DNA of 63,965 nt, filler included, from Octopus bimaculoides (lineage: Eukaryota): NCBI RefSeq assembly GCF_001194135.2. It is 5 parts of 5 records of this genome, joined end to end, with 100 filler letters (N's around TTAATTAATTAA, not from the genome) between each part and the next. Parts side by side here need not be neighbours in the genome. Positions count along the whole stretch, not along the records: positions 21,541 to 40,721 come from NC_068987.1; 4 more parts are not named here. One strand, given 5' to 3'. Numbering within the stretch: position 1 is the stretch's first letter; each line of letters starts with the position of its first letter. The translations under genes and the position numbers were made by a program. Below the pieces are notes generated by a model. That model saw only the letters and a program-made list of their open reading frames with translations, had not been told where the DNA came from and did no database searches. Of the stretch, positions 24,228 through 37,224 are shown one piece after another.

Positions 24228-25827
24228 ATTCCAGTAGTAAATTTGACTATGCTAGCAAACCCTGCAAGCATGGACGGGTAGTTCCATACCGACACAGATC
24301 AGAAAGCACAACCGAATTCACCTCGGTAATTCAGACATGTACTTTTTATAAAGTTACTTTCTATAGTATTTCTGAAGTGCAGATTCCAAGTTAGGTGAAC
24401 AAAATATAAATAAGTAACAAAGATGTACAGGTGTTAATTCATTATGGACGTTTCAAGCATTAATTGATTAATGAAGACATTATATCAATTTGAAACAAAC
24501 CATTCTTGTCAGATGATTGCATAGACTTCAAACATAAAGGGTAAACCATTTTTTAAACAAATTTACATTAATAATGGAAGCCAAAATATTTACATTGTTT
24601 CCTTTTGTTATATCTGTGGCAGAATTAGTTTAGAAACTAATGCATACCTTGTTAAGCCTACTATAACTTAGAGAGTAGCAGAGGGAATAGTGGAGGTCAA
24701 GATAAAAGAGTGGTGACATAGTTACTTATATTTAGAAGATTTAATGAAGTATGTAGTCTTCAACCATTCAGAATTAAATCCACTGGGAGTTGTCAACTGT
24801 AATGGTGATAAATCAATTAATGTCAGACAATCTACTAGATTCCCAATGTACTGGAACCATATATCTAGCTTTATCTATGTAAAGAGAGTAGGTTGCAAGG
24901 TTGGTAGTAAGAGAATGTCTGATGGGGAAGGGGAAGAAAGAAGGATAGGGGTGGCCAATACTTATTTAGATTATCAAATAAAGGGATTATAATGAAAAAC
25001 CAAAAGAGATAAATAATATAAACTTTTAGGGGTAGAAATTAGAATTGAAGGATATGGGAGGTAGAAATCTATAACTTAGCAAATTTATTATATTAAATTG
25101 AGAAGATTTAAATCAATAAATAGAATAAGGATAGAAATTAAAATTAAAGTTTAATAATGGGATACCTCAATATATAAGAAAAACTATTAAGAATATTCTA
25201 AGCATATCATTTAGAAGGTCATGATAAAGACATTCTAAAATGAATGTATAATGGAATTCGATTATCACATGGGTAGAAGTACATAGTATATTTTAAAGCA
25301 AGGTGGATAAGTATAAGATATCGTAAGATATGCTATCAAATATAAGGGGTAATTGAATTAGAGGTATATTAAATGTATAAGGGAATACATTCAGAAGCAA
25401 TACCTAAACCAATTTGGGTATATAAACATTAAAAGAATAATGCATGATTAAAAAATATACTAAAATAAAGATTTCCATATCTAATAAATTATATAAAAAG
25501 ACCTTATAAAAAAATTATTTATAAATTGCAAACACTAGGAAAGTATATGAAAGGATATACAAATGTATAAAAATATCAAATATAGATATAAACAATAGAT
25601 ATAAAAAATTTATAAAGCATAATGTGTAATTATAAATATAAAATATAATATTGTATTATACAGTGAGTTTAATAAAAAGAAATTATAAACTCATTATAAG
25701 CTATAGAAGCTACACATATGTATAAGAGGGTATATAAATACCTAAATTTTATAATATAAAATATAGAAAATAAAAATTATATAAGTTTTATAAGAATTTT
25801 TAAAATATTTCTGTACCAAATGATATA

Positions 25828-28800
25828 TTAGGTTGTCAAGAAAGTTCTTGCGGTTTTTAACCGTTAAATTCAGGTGCACATATTTCAGCTCAAACAAAAC
25901 TTTATTAATCGAAATAAATACCATCAGAATCAACACACTTTTGCCAATACAAAACAAGTTTATTTGTGCCAGTGGCATAAAGAATCCTGCATTCTAGTGG
26001 CGATGAAGTTGTTGAAGGTGTGTTTGGCATCGGTTTGGTTTTTGAACCATTTCTCATGCAGGAAGTTGTCGAGATGCTTGAAAAAGTGGTAGTCGGTAGG
26101 GGAGAGGTCTGGTGAGTATGGCAGATGAGGCAGAGTTTTGTAGCCCAATTCATTCAACTTCTACAGGGTCAGTTGTGCGACATGCAGCCGAGCGTTGTTG
26201 TGAAGAAGAATTGGTCCTTTTCTATTGACCAATGCTGGCTGTTGTTGTCGGAGTNNNNNNNNNNNNNNNNNNNNNNNNNNNNNNNNNNNNNNNNNNNNNN
26301 NNNNNNNNNNNNNNNNNNNNNNNNNNNNNNNNNNNNNNNNNNNNGTGCTGTGGAGCTTCGTTGGTGTCCAACCACTGAGCTGAGCGTCGCCGGTTATTGT
26401 AAAGAATCCACTTTTCATCGCAAGTCACAATCCGGTCAAAAAACAGATTGTTCTTGTGTAAAAGAAGGGAAGATGACACTTCAAAATAGCATTTTTTTTT
26501 GTTTTTTTTTTCGTGCAGCACCCATTTCTCAAATATTCTTGTTTTTCCAATTTCTTTCAAGTAGTTCGAAATTGTCGTATATATTAGGTCTGGTGAGATT
26601 GTTGAGATGCTTGAACGGAGACATGTAGATTTGTGCTGCGTCCAAGAAGTAAGGTGGAGAGGAGGTTCCACGAGGTTCCTCACAGGCAAAGAACACAGGT
26701 ACAAAATTTTCTGGGCAGGCAACACTGACGGAGTTGGGGGCGTGGGAATACTTCTAGCAGAGAAATGGGTTGATAAGGTAATTGAGGTAGTCAGAGTGTG
26801 TGACAGAGTACTTAAGATTAGACTAGTGCTTCACCATAGGTTAGTTACCATCATCTCGGAGGACAAGGGTTTGGAAGCTTAAAGATCCTGCAATTGGACA
26901 GAGATTTAGAAATGTCTTACTCAAAGCATTTAATGAAAGAGAAGTGGATATAGCATCACACAACGTGGAAGACAACTGGAGATTTCTACGGGACAACCTG
27001 GTGAGAACCACCGACCAGATCTGTAGCTGGTGCAAAGTGCCCTCTCGACCCAAAGTAACATGGTGGTGGAACAATGTGGTTGACAGGGCTATTAGACAAA
27101 AGAAACAGGCTCGGAAGGACTGGAAGAATGGAGGTAGCAGGGAATTGTATCAGACTGCCAGAAGGGAAGCTAGGAGACAGGTTTACTTAGCCAGAGGGGA
27201 AGCAGATAAGAAAAAATTTGCCAATGTGTGAGAGAGAATTGTGATGTCGTAGGTGAGAAATGTGTCCACTTGGATGATGGCTCACTTGCACTAAACGAGG
27301 CTGCAAAGAGAGAGGTCTGGAGACATGGCGTCTCCAGACAGGCTGCTTAATAAAGACAATGAATGGGAGGAAGAGAGTCTGCCACATGTCGACCCAACAG
27401 AGGGACCAGCTATTCTAATTGACAGTACCTTAGTAGATAAAGCGATTGAGAGTATCAAGACAAGGAAAGCCCCTGGCCCATCAGGAATTACTGCAGAGAT
27501 GCTCAAAATATCTGGCAGTGTCGGCTATAGCCTAGTCACCCGTATAGTTAATCAGGTGATACACAAAGGAGTCATACCCAATGACTGGTGTAGCAGTACC
27601 ATAGTCAACTGCTACAAAGGTAAAGGTGATACTCTAGACACAAACAATTACAGAGGTATCAAGTTGTTGGACCAGGTAATGAAGGTCACGGAGAGGGTCA
27701 TAGCCCAACAAATTAGGGAGAGAGTCAGTTTAGATGAGATGCAGTTTGGGTTCGTTCCAGGAAAAAGCACCACTGATGCTATATTTCTGGTAAGACAGCT
27801 NNNNNNNNNNNNNNNNNNNNNNNNNNNNNNNNNNNNNNNNNNNNNNNNNNNNNNNNNNNNNNNNNNNNNNNNNNNNNNNNNNNNNNNNNNNNNNNNNNNN
27901 NNNNNNNNNNNNNNNNNNNNNNNNNNNNNNNNNNNNNNNNNNNNNNNNNNNNNNNNNNNNNNNNNNNNNNNNNNNNNNNNNNNNNNNNNNNNNNNNNNNN
28001 NNNNNNNGATGCTGATGACCTTGCCCTAATTGCTGAGTCACTATCAGAACTAGAGAAGTTTCAGGTGTGGAAGCAAGGACTAGAATCGAAGGGCCTTAAA
28101 GTCAACCTAGCTAAAACCAAAGTCCTAATAAATAGGAAGGTAGACAAAACACAAACCCCTTCAGGTAGATGGCTGTGCTTGATCTGTAGAAAAGGCATAG
28201 GTAGAAACTCCATAAGATGTACCTAGTGTAAGCTATGGACACATAAGAGGTTCAGTAATATCAAAGGAAGGCTAACTAGCAAGATAGTTTTTGTATGTGG
28301 CAGATGTTCAGGAGCAATAAACACTGAAAATGTGCAGAAAACAACCTTTGCCACACTCCATGGAGAAAAATTAGAAGTAGTTGATAGCTTCCACTATCTA
28401 GGTGACCAAGTTTGTAGAGGAGGAGGGTGCACTGAAAGTATAGCTACTAAAATAAGAATAGCCTGAGCAAAGTTTCGAGAGCTCTTACCTCTGCTGGTGA
28501 CAAAGGGACTCTCACTCAGAGTAAAAGGCAGACTATATGACGTATGTGTACGAACAGCCATGCTACATGGCAGTGAAACATGGGCTATGACTGCTGAGGA
28601 CTTGTGTAAGCTTGCAAGAAACGAAGCCAGTATGATCCGATGGATGTGTAATATCAGTGTGCATACTCGACAGAGTACCTTGAGAGAAAAGTTAGACCTA
28701 AGAAGCATCAGTTGTGGTGTGCAAGAGAGACAATTGCGCTGGTATGGTCATGTGACAAGAATGGATGAGGATAGCTGTGTGAAAATGTGCCACACCCTAG

Positions 28801-30107
28801 CAGTTGAGGGAACCTGTGGAAGAGGTAGACCCAGGAAGACCTGGGATGAGGTGGTGAAGCATGACCTTCGAACTTTAGGCCTCACCGAGGCAATGACCAG
28901 TGGCTGGGACCTTTGGAAATATGCAGTACATAAGAAGACCCGACAAGGCAAGTGAGAGTATAATCTGTGACCTCTGCCAGAAGTGTAGCCAGCTAACTAA
29001 TTCGTATCTTTACTTCATTGGACACTAAAACCCTGCTTGCGAAGACCTGTTGAGGCAAGTGAATTTGGAATTTGGAATTTGAAATTTGAAATCTGAAATC
29101 GAAATCGAAATCGAACCGAATCCGACGACTAGCACCCATGCCAACCTCTCCTTCATTGGACACTAAACTCTGCTTGTGAAGACCTGTTGGGGCAAGTGAA
29201 ATCGTAATTGAACCATACTCTATGACTAGCACCTACGCCAGTGGAGCACAAACAGCACTGTTGAGCGTGTTCATTGCCAGAGCAGCTGTCTGGCTTCCAT
29301 GCTAGTGGCCCGTAAATAACACCAATTGAGTGTAATCGTTACCAGCGTGGCTCCTAGCACTTGTGCTGGTGGCATGTTAGAAAATCATTCGAGCGAGGTG
29401 GACTGGCTCCCGTGCAGGTGGCACGTAAAAAACACCCTTTTGAGCGTGGCTGTAGCCAGTACTGTGTGACTGGCCCTCGTACCGGTGGCATGTAAAAGCA
29501 CCCACTATACTCTCGGAGTGGTTGGCATTAGGAAGGGCATCCAGCTGTAGAAACTCTGCCAGATCAGATTGGAGTCTTGTACAGCCTTCTGGCTTGCCAG
29601 TCCTCAGTCAAATCGTCCAACCCACGCTAGCATGGAAAGCGGACATTAAACAATGATGATGATGATGATATGATGATTACATCTAATTCAGAAGCAAACA
29701 GTTGTGCATGGATTGTCAATATCCGATGGCTGACCACTATGCTTATCCTCTTCATGACTCCTGTCACAGCTACGAAATTTCTTGAACCACCATTGTGCTG
29801 TACGTTCATTAGTGGTTCCTGGGCCAAACTCATTGTTGATATTGCAAGCTGTTTCAGCAGCTTTTCGGCCTAGCTTGAACTGGAATAAGAAAATTGTGCG
29901 AATTTGCTTTTTGTCCATGTTGTATTCAACGTTCCGGAAAAAAACGGCCTAATTATTCAAAAAGAAAAAGAGTAACATGATTAGATAGAGCTAAAACAGG
30001 TTTTAAAATTATATATAAAGTGAAAGTAATTTAACGAAAATTAATTTGAAAATACATCATTTAAAACCCAAATTAAAAATTCTGCAAGAATTTTCTTGAC
30101 AACCTAA
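25828..30107 (-). mobile_element. Decayed mariner transposon split by an RTE insertion
   Basis: TIRs TTAGGTTGTCAAGAAAGTTCTTGC (25828) and GCAAGAATTTTCTTGACAACCTAA (ends 30107), both TA-flanked. N-terminus MDKKQIRTIFLFQFKLG at 29918; IVTCDEKWILY and PYSPDLSPTDYHFF left of 26585. Confidence 0.92.
26585..29676 (+). mobile_element. Near full-length decayed RTE LINE (APE endonuclease, RT, PHD-like insert, modular 3'UTR, (GAT)n tail)
   Basis: CCVQEVRW and GVGILLAEKW (APE); KAPGPSGITAEML, NYRGIKLL, QFGFVPGKSTTDAIF and ADDL (RT); LHGSETW...RWYGHV...GRPRKTW; ends GGACATTAAACAATGATGAT. Confidence 0.95.
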
Positions 30108-30374
30108 TAAAGGTTATAACAGATAAAAAGGATAAGTCAAAATAAAATAAAATAAGGATTACTTTACAAATTATGATGTAAATCATATTGGTATATTGAA
30201 AAGAATACTTAGATATGTTATTATTATAAATGCCATATAAAATAAAAATATAAAATAAAATATATGTATCAAATAATAATTAAAAAATAAAACTTTTATA
30301 TTTTTTATTTTTTTATGTTTTATATTATTAAATTTATTATATTATTATATATTTATTATATTATTGAATATATA

Positions 30375-31075
30375 GGCACAGGAGTGGCTGTGTGGTAAGT
30401 AGCTTACTTACCAGCCATATGGTTCTGGGTTCAGTCCCACTGCGTGGTACCTTAGGCAAGTGTCTTCTACTATAGCCTCAGTCAAACAAAGCCTTGTGAG
30501 TGGATTTGGTAGATGGAAACTGAAAGAAGCCCGTCGTGTATATATATATATATATAATAATAATATTAGGGACAAAATCCAAAATTACAGGTAAAAAACT
30601 CAATTAAAATCAATTTATAAAAAATTTAAATTAAATTGAGCCTTATAGATAAAGTATATATAAAATATATAGTTTTAGGGAAAATAACCAATTTTCAAGA
30701 ACTCATCGATGAAAATCCACTATCACATATATGTGATAGTGGATTTTCATTGATGAGTTCTTGAAAATTGGTTATTTTCCCTAAAANNNNNNNNNNNNNN
30801 NNNNNNNNNNNNNNNNNNNNNNNNNNNNNNNNNNNNNNNNNNNNNNNNNNNNNNNNNNNNNNNATATATATATATATACGTATATGTTTGTCCCCCCAAC
30901 ATTGCTTGACAACCAATGCTGGTGTGTTTACATCCCTGTAATTTAGCAGTTTGGCAAAAGAGAATGATAGAATAAGTACTAGGCTTACAAAGAATAAGTC
31001 CTGGGGTCGATTTGCTTGACTAAAGGCAGTGCCCCAGCATGGCTGCAGTCAAATGACTGAAACAAATAAAAGAAA
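30375..31075 (+). mobile_element. SINE family A, interrupted in its microsatellite by another repeat and an N gap
   Basis: Head 30375-30540, unrelated insert 30557-30786, 3' half about 30885-31075. Confidence 0.8.
30673..30786. repeat. 114-bp near-perfect palindrome
   Basis: Arms 30673-30729 and 30730-30786 with one mismatch (CATCGATG vs CATTGATG). Confidence 0.95.
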
Positions 31076-31424
31076 ATAAGAAAAAATGTATTTATATAGC
31101 TTCTATAGCTTATAATTAGTTTTTAATTTCTCTTCATAAAAGAAGGAGAAGAGGAAATTGCCATTGAAATGTTAAACTCTCTCCTTTCACCAAGTATAAA
31201 GCTAATACACTTCTTGTGCTTGTCCTCACATTCATTGTCTTTCTTTTTTCGTTTTTTATTTGTTTATTTGAATTGACTATTTATTGCATGCTCACACGGA
31301 CTATACCCGTCCTTCTGACTGTCTTGGAGTACCTGATTCATGGATTTCTTACTCTACCCTAGGATTACGTTACCTTTTAATTCATTCAGAATATGTCATT
31401 TCTGCACCTTTGATTATATATATC

Positions 31425-33170
31425 CTCATCATCATCGTCGTCGTTTCCATGCTGGTATGGGTTGGATGGTTTGACTGAGGGCTGGCGAGCCAGACAGCTG
31501 CACCAGGCCCCACTGTGATCTGGCAAAGTTTCTACAGCTGGATGTCCTTCCTAACGCCAACCACTCTGAGAGTGTAGTGGGTACTTTTATGTGCCACCAG
31601 CATGAGGGCCAGTCAGGTGGTACTGGCATTGGCCACGCTCAAATGGAACTTTTTACATGCCACCTGCACAGAAGCCAGTCCGGTGGCACTGGCAACGACC
31701 AAGCTCAAATGATGCTTTTTATGTACCACCAGCATAGGAGCCAGTCAGGTGATGCTGGCAACGATCATGCTCAAATGGTGCATTTAACGTTCCACTGGCA
31801 CATGTGCCAATCAGCCAGTACTGTCATCAGCAACAACAATGATTTCACTTGCTTTAACAGGTCTTTGCAAGCATAGTTTATTGTCCAATGATTGAAGGGT
31901 ACTAGCTATACAGCACTGACTAGCTATACAGCACTGACTAGCTATACAGCACTGGCATAGGTCGCTGTTACGGTCTCACTTGGCCTGCTGGCTCTTCTCA
32001 AGCACAGCATATCTCCAAAAGTCTCGGTCATTCATCACTGCCTTGGTGAGGCCCAATGTTCAGAGGTCATGCTTCACCACCTCATCCCAAGTCTTCCTGG
32101 GTCTACCACTTCCACAGGTTCCCTCAACTGCTAAGGTGTGACACTTTTTCACACAGCTGTCCTCATCCATTCACAACACATGACCATACCAGCATAGTTG
32201 TTTCTCTTATACACCACATTTGATACTTCTTAAGTCCAACTTTTCTCTCAGGGTGCTTACACTCTGTTGTGTATGCACACTGACATTACACATCCAGCAG
32301 AGAATACTGGCTTCATTCCTTGCAAGCTTACGCATGTCCTCAGCAGCCACAGCCCATGAAGCATGGCTGTTCGCACACATGCATCATACAGTCTACCTTT
32401 TACTCTGAGTGAGAGGCCTTTGTCAGGGGTAGGAGCTCTCTGGACTTTCCCCAGGCTATTCTTATTCTAGCAGCTACACTTTCAGAGCATCCACCCCTGA
32501 TACTGACTTGGTCACCTAGATAATGGAAGCTATCAACTACTTCTAGTTTTTCCCCCTGCACATTTTCAGTGTTTATTGCTCCTGAGCATTTGCCACACAC
32601 AAAACTATCTTCTCAGTTAGCCTTCCTTTGATATTGCTGAACCTCTTTTGTGTCCATAGCTTACACAGGGCACATCTTATGGTGTTTCTACCCACGCCTT
32701 TTCTACAGATCAAGCAGGTCTATCTACTTGAAGGGATTTGTGGTTTGTCTGCCTACCTATTTATTAAGACTTTGGTTTTTGCTAGGTTGACTCTAAGGCC
32801 TTTCGATTCTAATCATTGCTTCCACACCTGAAACTTCTCTTCTATTTCTGATTGTGACTCAGCAATTAGAGAAAGGTCATCAGCACAGAGGAGCTCCTAG
32901 GGGCATCCTGTCTTGAATTCCTCTGTCATTGCTTGGAGGACTATGATGAATAAGAGGGGGCTGAGGATTGATCCTTGGTGGTCCCATACCCCTACCCAGA
33001 ATTGTTCACTGTACTCGTTGCTAACCCTCACTTTACTCACAGCATTCCTGTACAGGGCTTGTACAGCTCTTACTAACCATTCATCCATCCCTAGTTTCCT
33101 CATTGACCACCAGGTAAGGGATCGGGGGACCCTGTCAAAGGCTTTCTCCATGTCAATGAAAGCCAGGTAC
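31425..33170 (-). mobile_element. 5'-truncated decayed RTE LINE, same family as 26585-29676
   Basis: MEKAFDRVPRSL...HQGSILSPLLFIIVLQA, CADDL, PHD-like insert, modular 3'UTR, (GAT/GAC)n tail near 31425; 18-bp unit TAGCTATACAGCACTGAC x3 at 31903-31956. Confidence 0.92.
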
Positions 33171-34300
33171 AGAGGTTATATATACATATACATACATATA
33201 TATATATGTATATATATATATATATNNNNNNNNNNNNNNNNNNNNNNNNNNNNNNNNNNNNNNNNNNNNNNNNNNNNNNNNNNNNNNNNNNNNNNNNNNN
33301 NNNNNNNNNNNNNNNNNNNNNNNNNNNNNNNNNNNNNNNNNNNNNNNNNNNNNNNNNNNNNNNNNNNNNNNNNNNNNNNNNNNNNNNNNNNNNNNNNNNN
33401 NNNNNNNNNNNNNNNNNNNNNNNNNNNNNNNNNNNNNNNNNNNNNNNNNNNNNNNNNNNNNNNNNNNNNNNNNNNNNNNNNNNNNNNNNNNNNNNNNNNN
33501 NNNNNNNNNNNNNNNATATATATATATATATATATATACTAGTATATAGGGTAGACTGGGGTAAAAAGCCCCCCTTAAGGAAAATGTCTCATAACCCTCT
33601 CGAAACACATTAAAATGTAACTTTTCATTGTAATGTATGTAGAAAGTTGTGCCTAATTAAAAACTGGTAGTTTTGATGGTGGAACAAAAAAAATTAAAGG
33701 AAAAAATCAACGAATGGGCTTCTTACTCCGTTGTTGGGGTAAAAGGTCTATAGGGAGTGTTTTACCCCATAAGTCAAAGTTACAGTAAATTATCCATACA
33801 GACATTATGTGGTGTCAATCATTTCCTATAGAGAAAGTAGATAGTGTAGTAGGAAAGTAATTTCAGAGAAATTCTATCTGGACTAAGCCTACAGCCACCA
33901 TGGGGACTATGGGTTGAAATCAAAAATTGGAGAAATAGTTAGAAGAGCTCTCTTTCAGTTAAAAGTCAGGTGTTTCTTTATTTGAAAACATCAATAACTA
34001 GTTAAACTAATTAAGCTATCCCTATATTACAGGAAAGCATTGACTAGAATATCAATATGATTTATATTAAGTCTATGGTGTTATTACACGGGAAATGTGT
34101 GTTTAACACTTTGCACAAAGTTTTGACACTTAATTGATCACTATTTAACACAAGGATTTGATGTTTGTTAAGCATTTTAATCAGGTCTATTAAGTCAGCG
34201 GGTGAGATAAAGCTGTTTGATTTCTAAATGTCGTAAGTTCTTTGAAGAACTGAAGAAAGTATTGTAACTGTATTGTCTTTCAACTATCTCTAATGAATCC

Positions 34301-36185
34301 TTAGTCTTCTTTGTCATCTGAATCACAGTTCTGACATGTATAATTGGGTTCTCCAGGTGTGCATTCCTCGTGGGCCCACAGTCAACATGACACACACTGG
34401 ATCTACTTTGCCTTTCATCCTTTCAGGGTCGATTAAATAAGTACCAGTTACGCACTGGGGTCGATATAATCAACTTAATCCGTTTGTCTGTACTTGTTTC
34501 TCCCCTCTGTGTGTAGCCCCTTGTGGGTAGTAAAGAAATAACACACTGGATCTACCTCTTCCCTGGTCTGCTGTTACAAAACGACTCTCCACAAATTAGG
34601 CACAACCATTCCTCATCATCTGGATTTTCATCAACAACATCACTCTGGTTTGAGATTTTCTGTTTCTTTGTTGCTTGATTAACCCCACTTTTTTCTCGTT
34701 TTACCTTTCTCCATATTCGTCTTGTTCTTTTCCTCCAAGGCTTTTTTGTAAGGAGATGTTAAGACCTCAGCATTTTCTGTTTTATGCCTACGTGTGTGCT
34801 TTGTTACAGATTTCACATGTGAACACAGCTCTGACAGCACAATTTTGGCAGACACAATGTCTGGTGTTTGTGGGTTTGATCCACCAGCTGTCGTTGATGG
34901 AGCATTCTCTGGACTTGTTTGCTGAGTGTCTCCAGTAATGACTTCTTCTGGTTGCCCTGGTCTTTTTTCTCCTTCCTGGTTGATAGATTTTTGTTGTCTC
35001 TGTGATGAAGCCTGTTGGGGTTGCTGCATAGCATTTTCTTGTGGTTCTGGCTCATCAGTCAGTGTTGCTGCAATGAAATCATCCTCAAAAAAGATGCTGT
35101 CATTGAATGGCCAAAGCCCACAAGCCCTGAAACCATTCACTGATTTTTCCACCATAGCTGTCTTATTATAATCAACTGCAAAAATGTTTTCCTTGATTGG
35201 CAACCATCCTGGTCTCTGCTGATGCATTATATACACTTTTCAAGGGTTTGAAGAATGATTTGTGTAACAGCTGCCTCTTATGGGTGAAATGAGGTGGCAG
35301 TTATGAGTTCAATCCCATTTGAATGAGTGTATTCAACAGCTGCAACAGTATTATTATGTGCTGTTTTGCTTGTGATGGTTTTGCTATGGCAGTGAAGTGT
35401 CTCATCCATTTTAGGAAGCTTTCTTCTTCAGTCCAGCTGCTTTCTGTGCAATGACCCCAGCTGGTGTGTTATTCATCTACCATATGCTTCCTAAGGAATA
35501 TGAATATTGGAGTTATGTAAGCTCCAGTGGCATTTGTAGTACACATGACAGTTACTGTCTTTCCCTTTTCCTCACTGGTCATTTTACCAACTTCCCATAC
35601 CCCTTTGGTGGCAATACATTTGCAGACTTCTGAACATTGGATACTCATGTCTTGTCCATGTTTCAAACTTGCTTAGGACAATAGTAGTTGCTGATTAGCA
35701 TGCTCTCATAGGCATCGAAAAACTTCTCAACTTGAGGTTTGTTAAATCCAACTGCCCTTGAAATGTTCAAGGGTTTCTGGCTTACAAATTGCAAGCTGTG
35801 GATGGCATGAGAAAACTCACTAAGCCAATCAGGCCCAGCCATTTTACTATCAATATTAAACTGATGTTCTATACCCATCTGGATGACAAAATCTATGGAT
35901 GTCTTTAGTTGTTTGCCCAAACAGAGCTTTTTCCATGCACTGAATCTTGGAAACAAGTCTAGCTTCAAACTCATAATTAATATCAGGCCAGAATCTGCCT
36001 AGCAGCACAGATCCTAGTTTTGCATCTTTCCCATCCATATGGCATCTAAGTGTCCTAGAAGAAATCCCATAAGTTTTGGCTGTTGCCTTTAGAGCTGCAC
36101 CTTCTTTAACTGCTTCAATAACTCTCTGCAAATCTTCCTCTGTATATGAGGCTCTCCATGTTTTTCTTTTGTATGTACATGACAT
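34301..36185 (-). pseudogene. pogo-type transposase pseudogene (psq/CENP-B HTH, DDE_1, C-terminal PHD finger)
   Basis: YKRK..RASYTEEDLQRVIEAVK..AKTYGISSRTL; AGPDWL; N.D(E)T-like NMDKT; TVTVMC..NATG...PIFIF; NGFRACGLWPFN; terminal CLIC...CVSC.LWAHEEC...CQNC. Multiple stops and frameshifts. Confidence 0.88.
34407..34540 (+). mobile_element. 5'-truncated SINE family C (tail B) with 15-bp target-site duplication
   Basis: ACACACTGGATCTAC at 34392-34406 and 34541-34555 flanks CCTTTCATCCTTTCAGGGTCG...TAAAGAAATA. Confidence 0.92.
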
Positions 36186-37224
36186 TTTAGGTAAAACTCT
36201 AAAAGTAAGGAATAAAAACAGTTATAGCCTGACAACAGCCATTCAATAATTCCTGGCAAAAAAAAAATTGGGAATGCTTTGGGGGAGGGGGGTCTGCAAC
36301 TCTGTGACCCTGTTGCACCCTGCTGGGGGTGCCCCTGTATTATGTGTGACACATGTTTGTGTATATGTGGTGTGTATTATGTATGTGTGACACATGTTTG
36401 TGTGTATGCGGTGTGTATTATAGCCCCTGGCTATTTTACTTGCGTACCCCCTTTTACCTTAATCCTAAAATAGAGAGGGTACAAAAGCACACTGTTGGGG
36501 TAAAAAGCCTGGGGGTGGGGGTGCTTTTTACCCACATAGTTGGTGGATCCCTTACCCCACATGCAGCCATTTTTCATTAGCTAAGTTCACTAAATGTCCA
36601 TGGTAACACAACAGAAATAACATCAAAAGTACTCATCAGTTTTAATGATCTTTTACTCAGTGTGCATACATAGAATTAAAATGTCTTGCTAGGGGCACAA
36701 TGATTCATAACAGAATCTTAAACTTTACAAGAAATCAAGCAAAAAGTAAAATTTAGCTATAAACTCACCTGAATGAGTTTTGTTCTCTCAAGAATGCATA
36801 TTGGACATGTGCAGTAGCACCCCCATCAAATGGTGGCAGCATACTGATGATTTGTTCATGCTTCTCCACACAAAGCAGGGTAGCCTTTTACCCCAGGTGG
36901 ACTCTTTACCCCAGTTTACCCTATACACACACACACATATATATATATATACATATCATATATATATATATATATGACATAATCTATTTGACATCTAAGA
37001 TTTCTGGATTTCTAAAATTGCAGAAGAATTTGCTGGTTGGCAGTTTAGCTTAAAGGGTAGAGCACTCCAACCGGATATTGGACGGGTGTAAGTCTGATGC
37101 TCATGGCTGGTTGCTAGCAAATTTTTCTGCTCTTAAAAATGATTTTATCCTTTATATATATTCAGTATTTACATGAAAAAAAATTTATATTTCTACTTGT
37201 TCTACAATACATTTCAACGCTTCA

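Larger units (their letters stand above)
33549..36921 (-). mobile_element. pogo/Tigger-superfamily DNA transposon (about 3.4 kb), decayed
   Basis: TIRs GGGTAGACTGGGGTAAA and TTTACCCCAGTTTACCC flanked by TA; subterminal GGGGTAAAA repeats near both ends. Confidence 0.9.

Noticed and set aside
31165-31235. SFILGERREF on the minus strand resembling the FABP exon-2 motif SFKLGEEF
   Set aside because: Flanking residues do not match, spacing is off, and there are no suitable splice sites.
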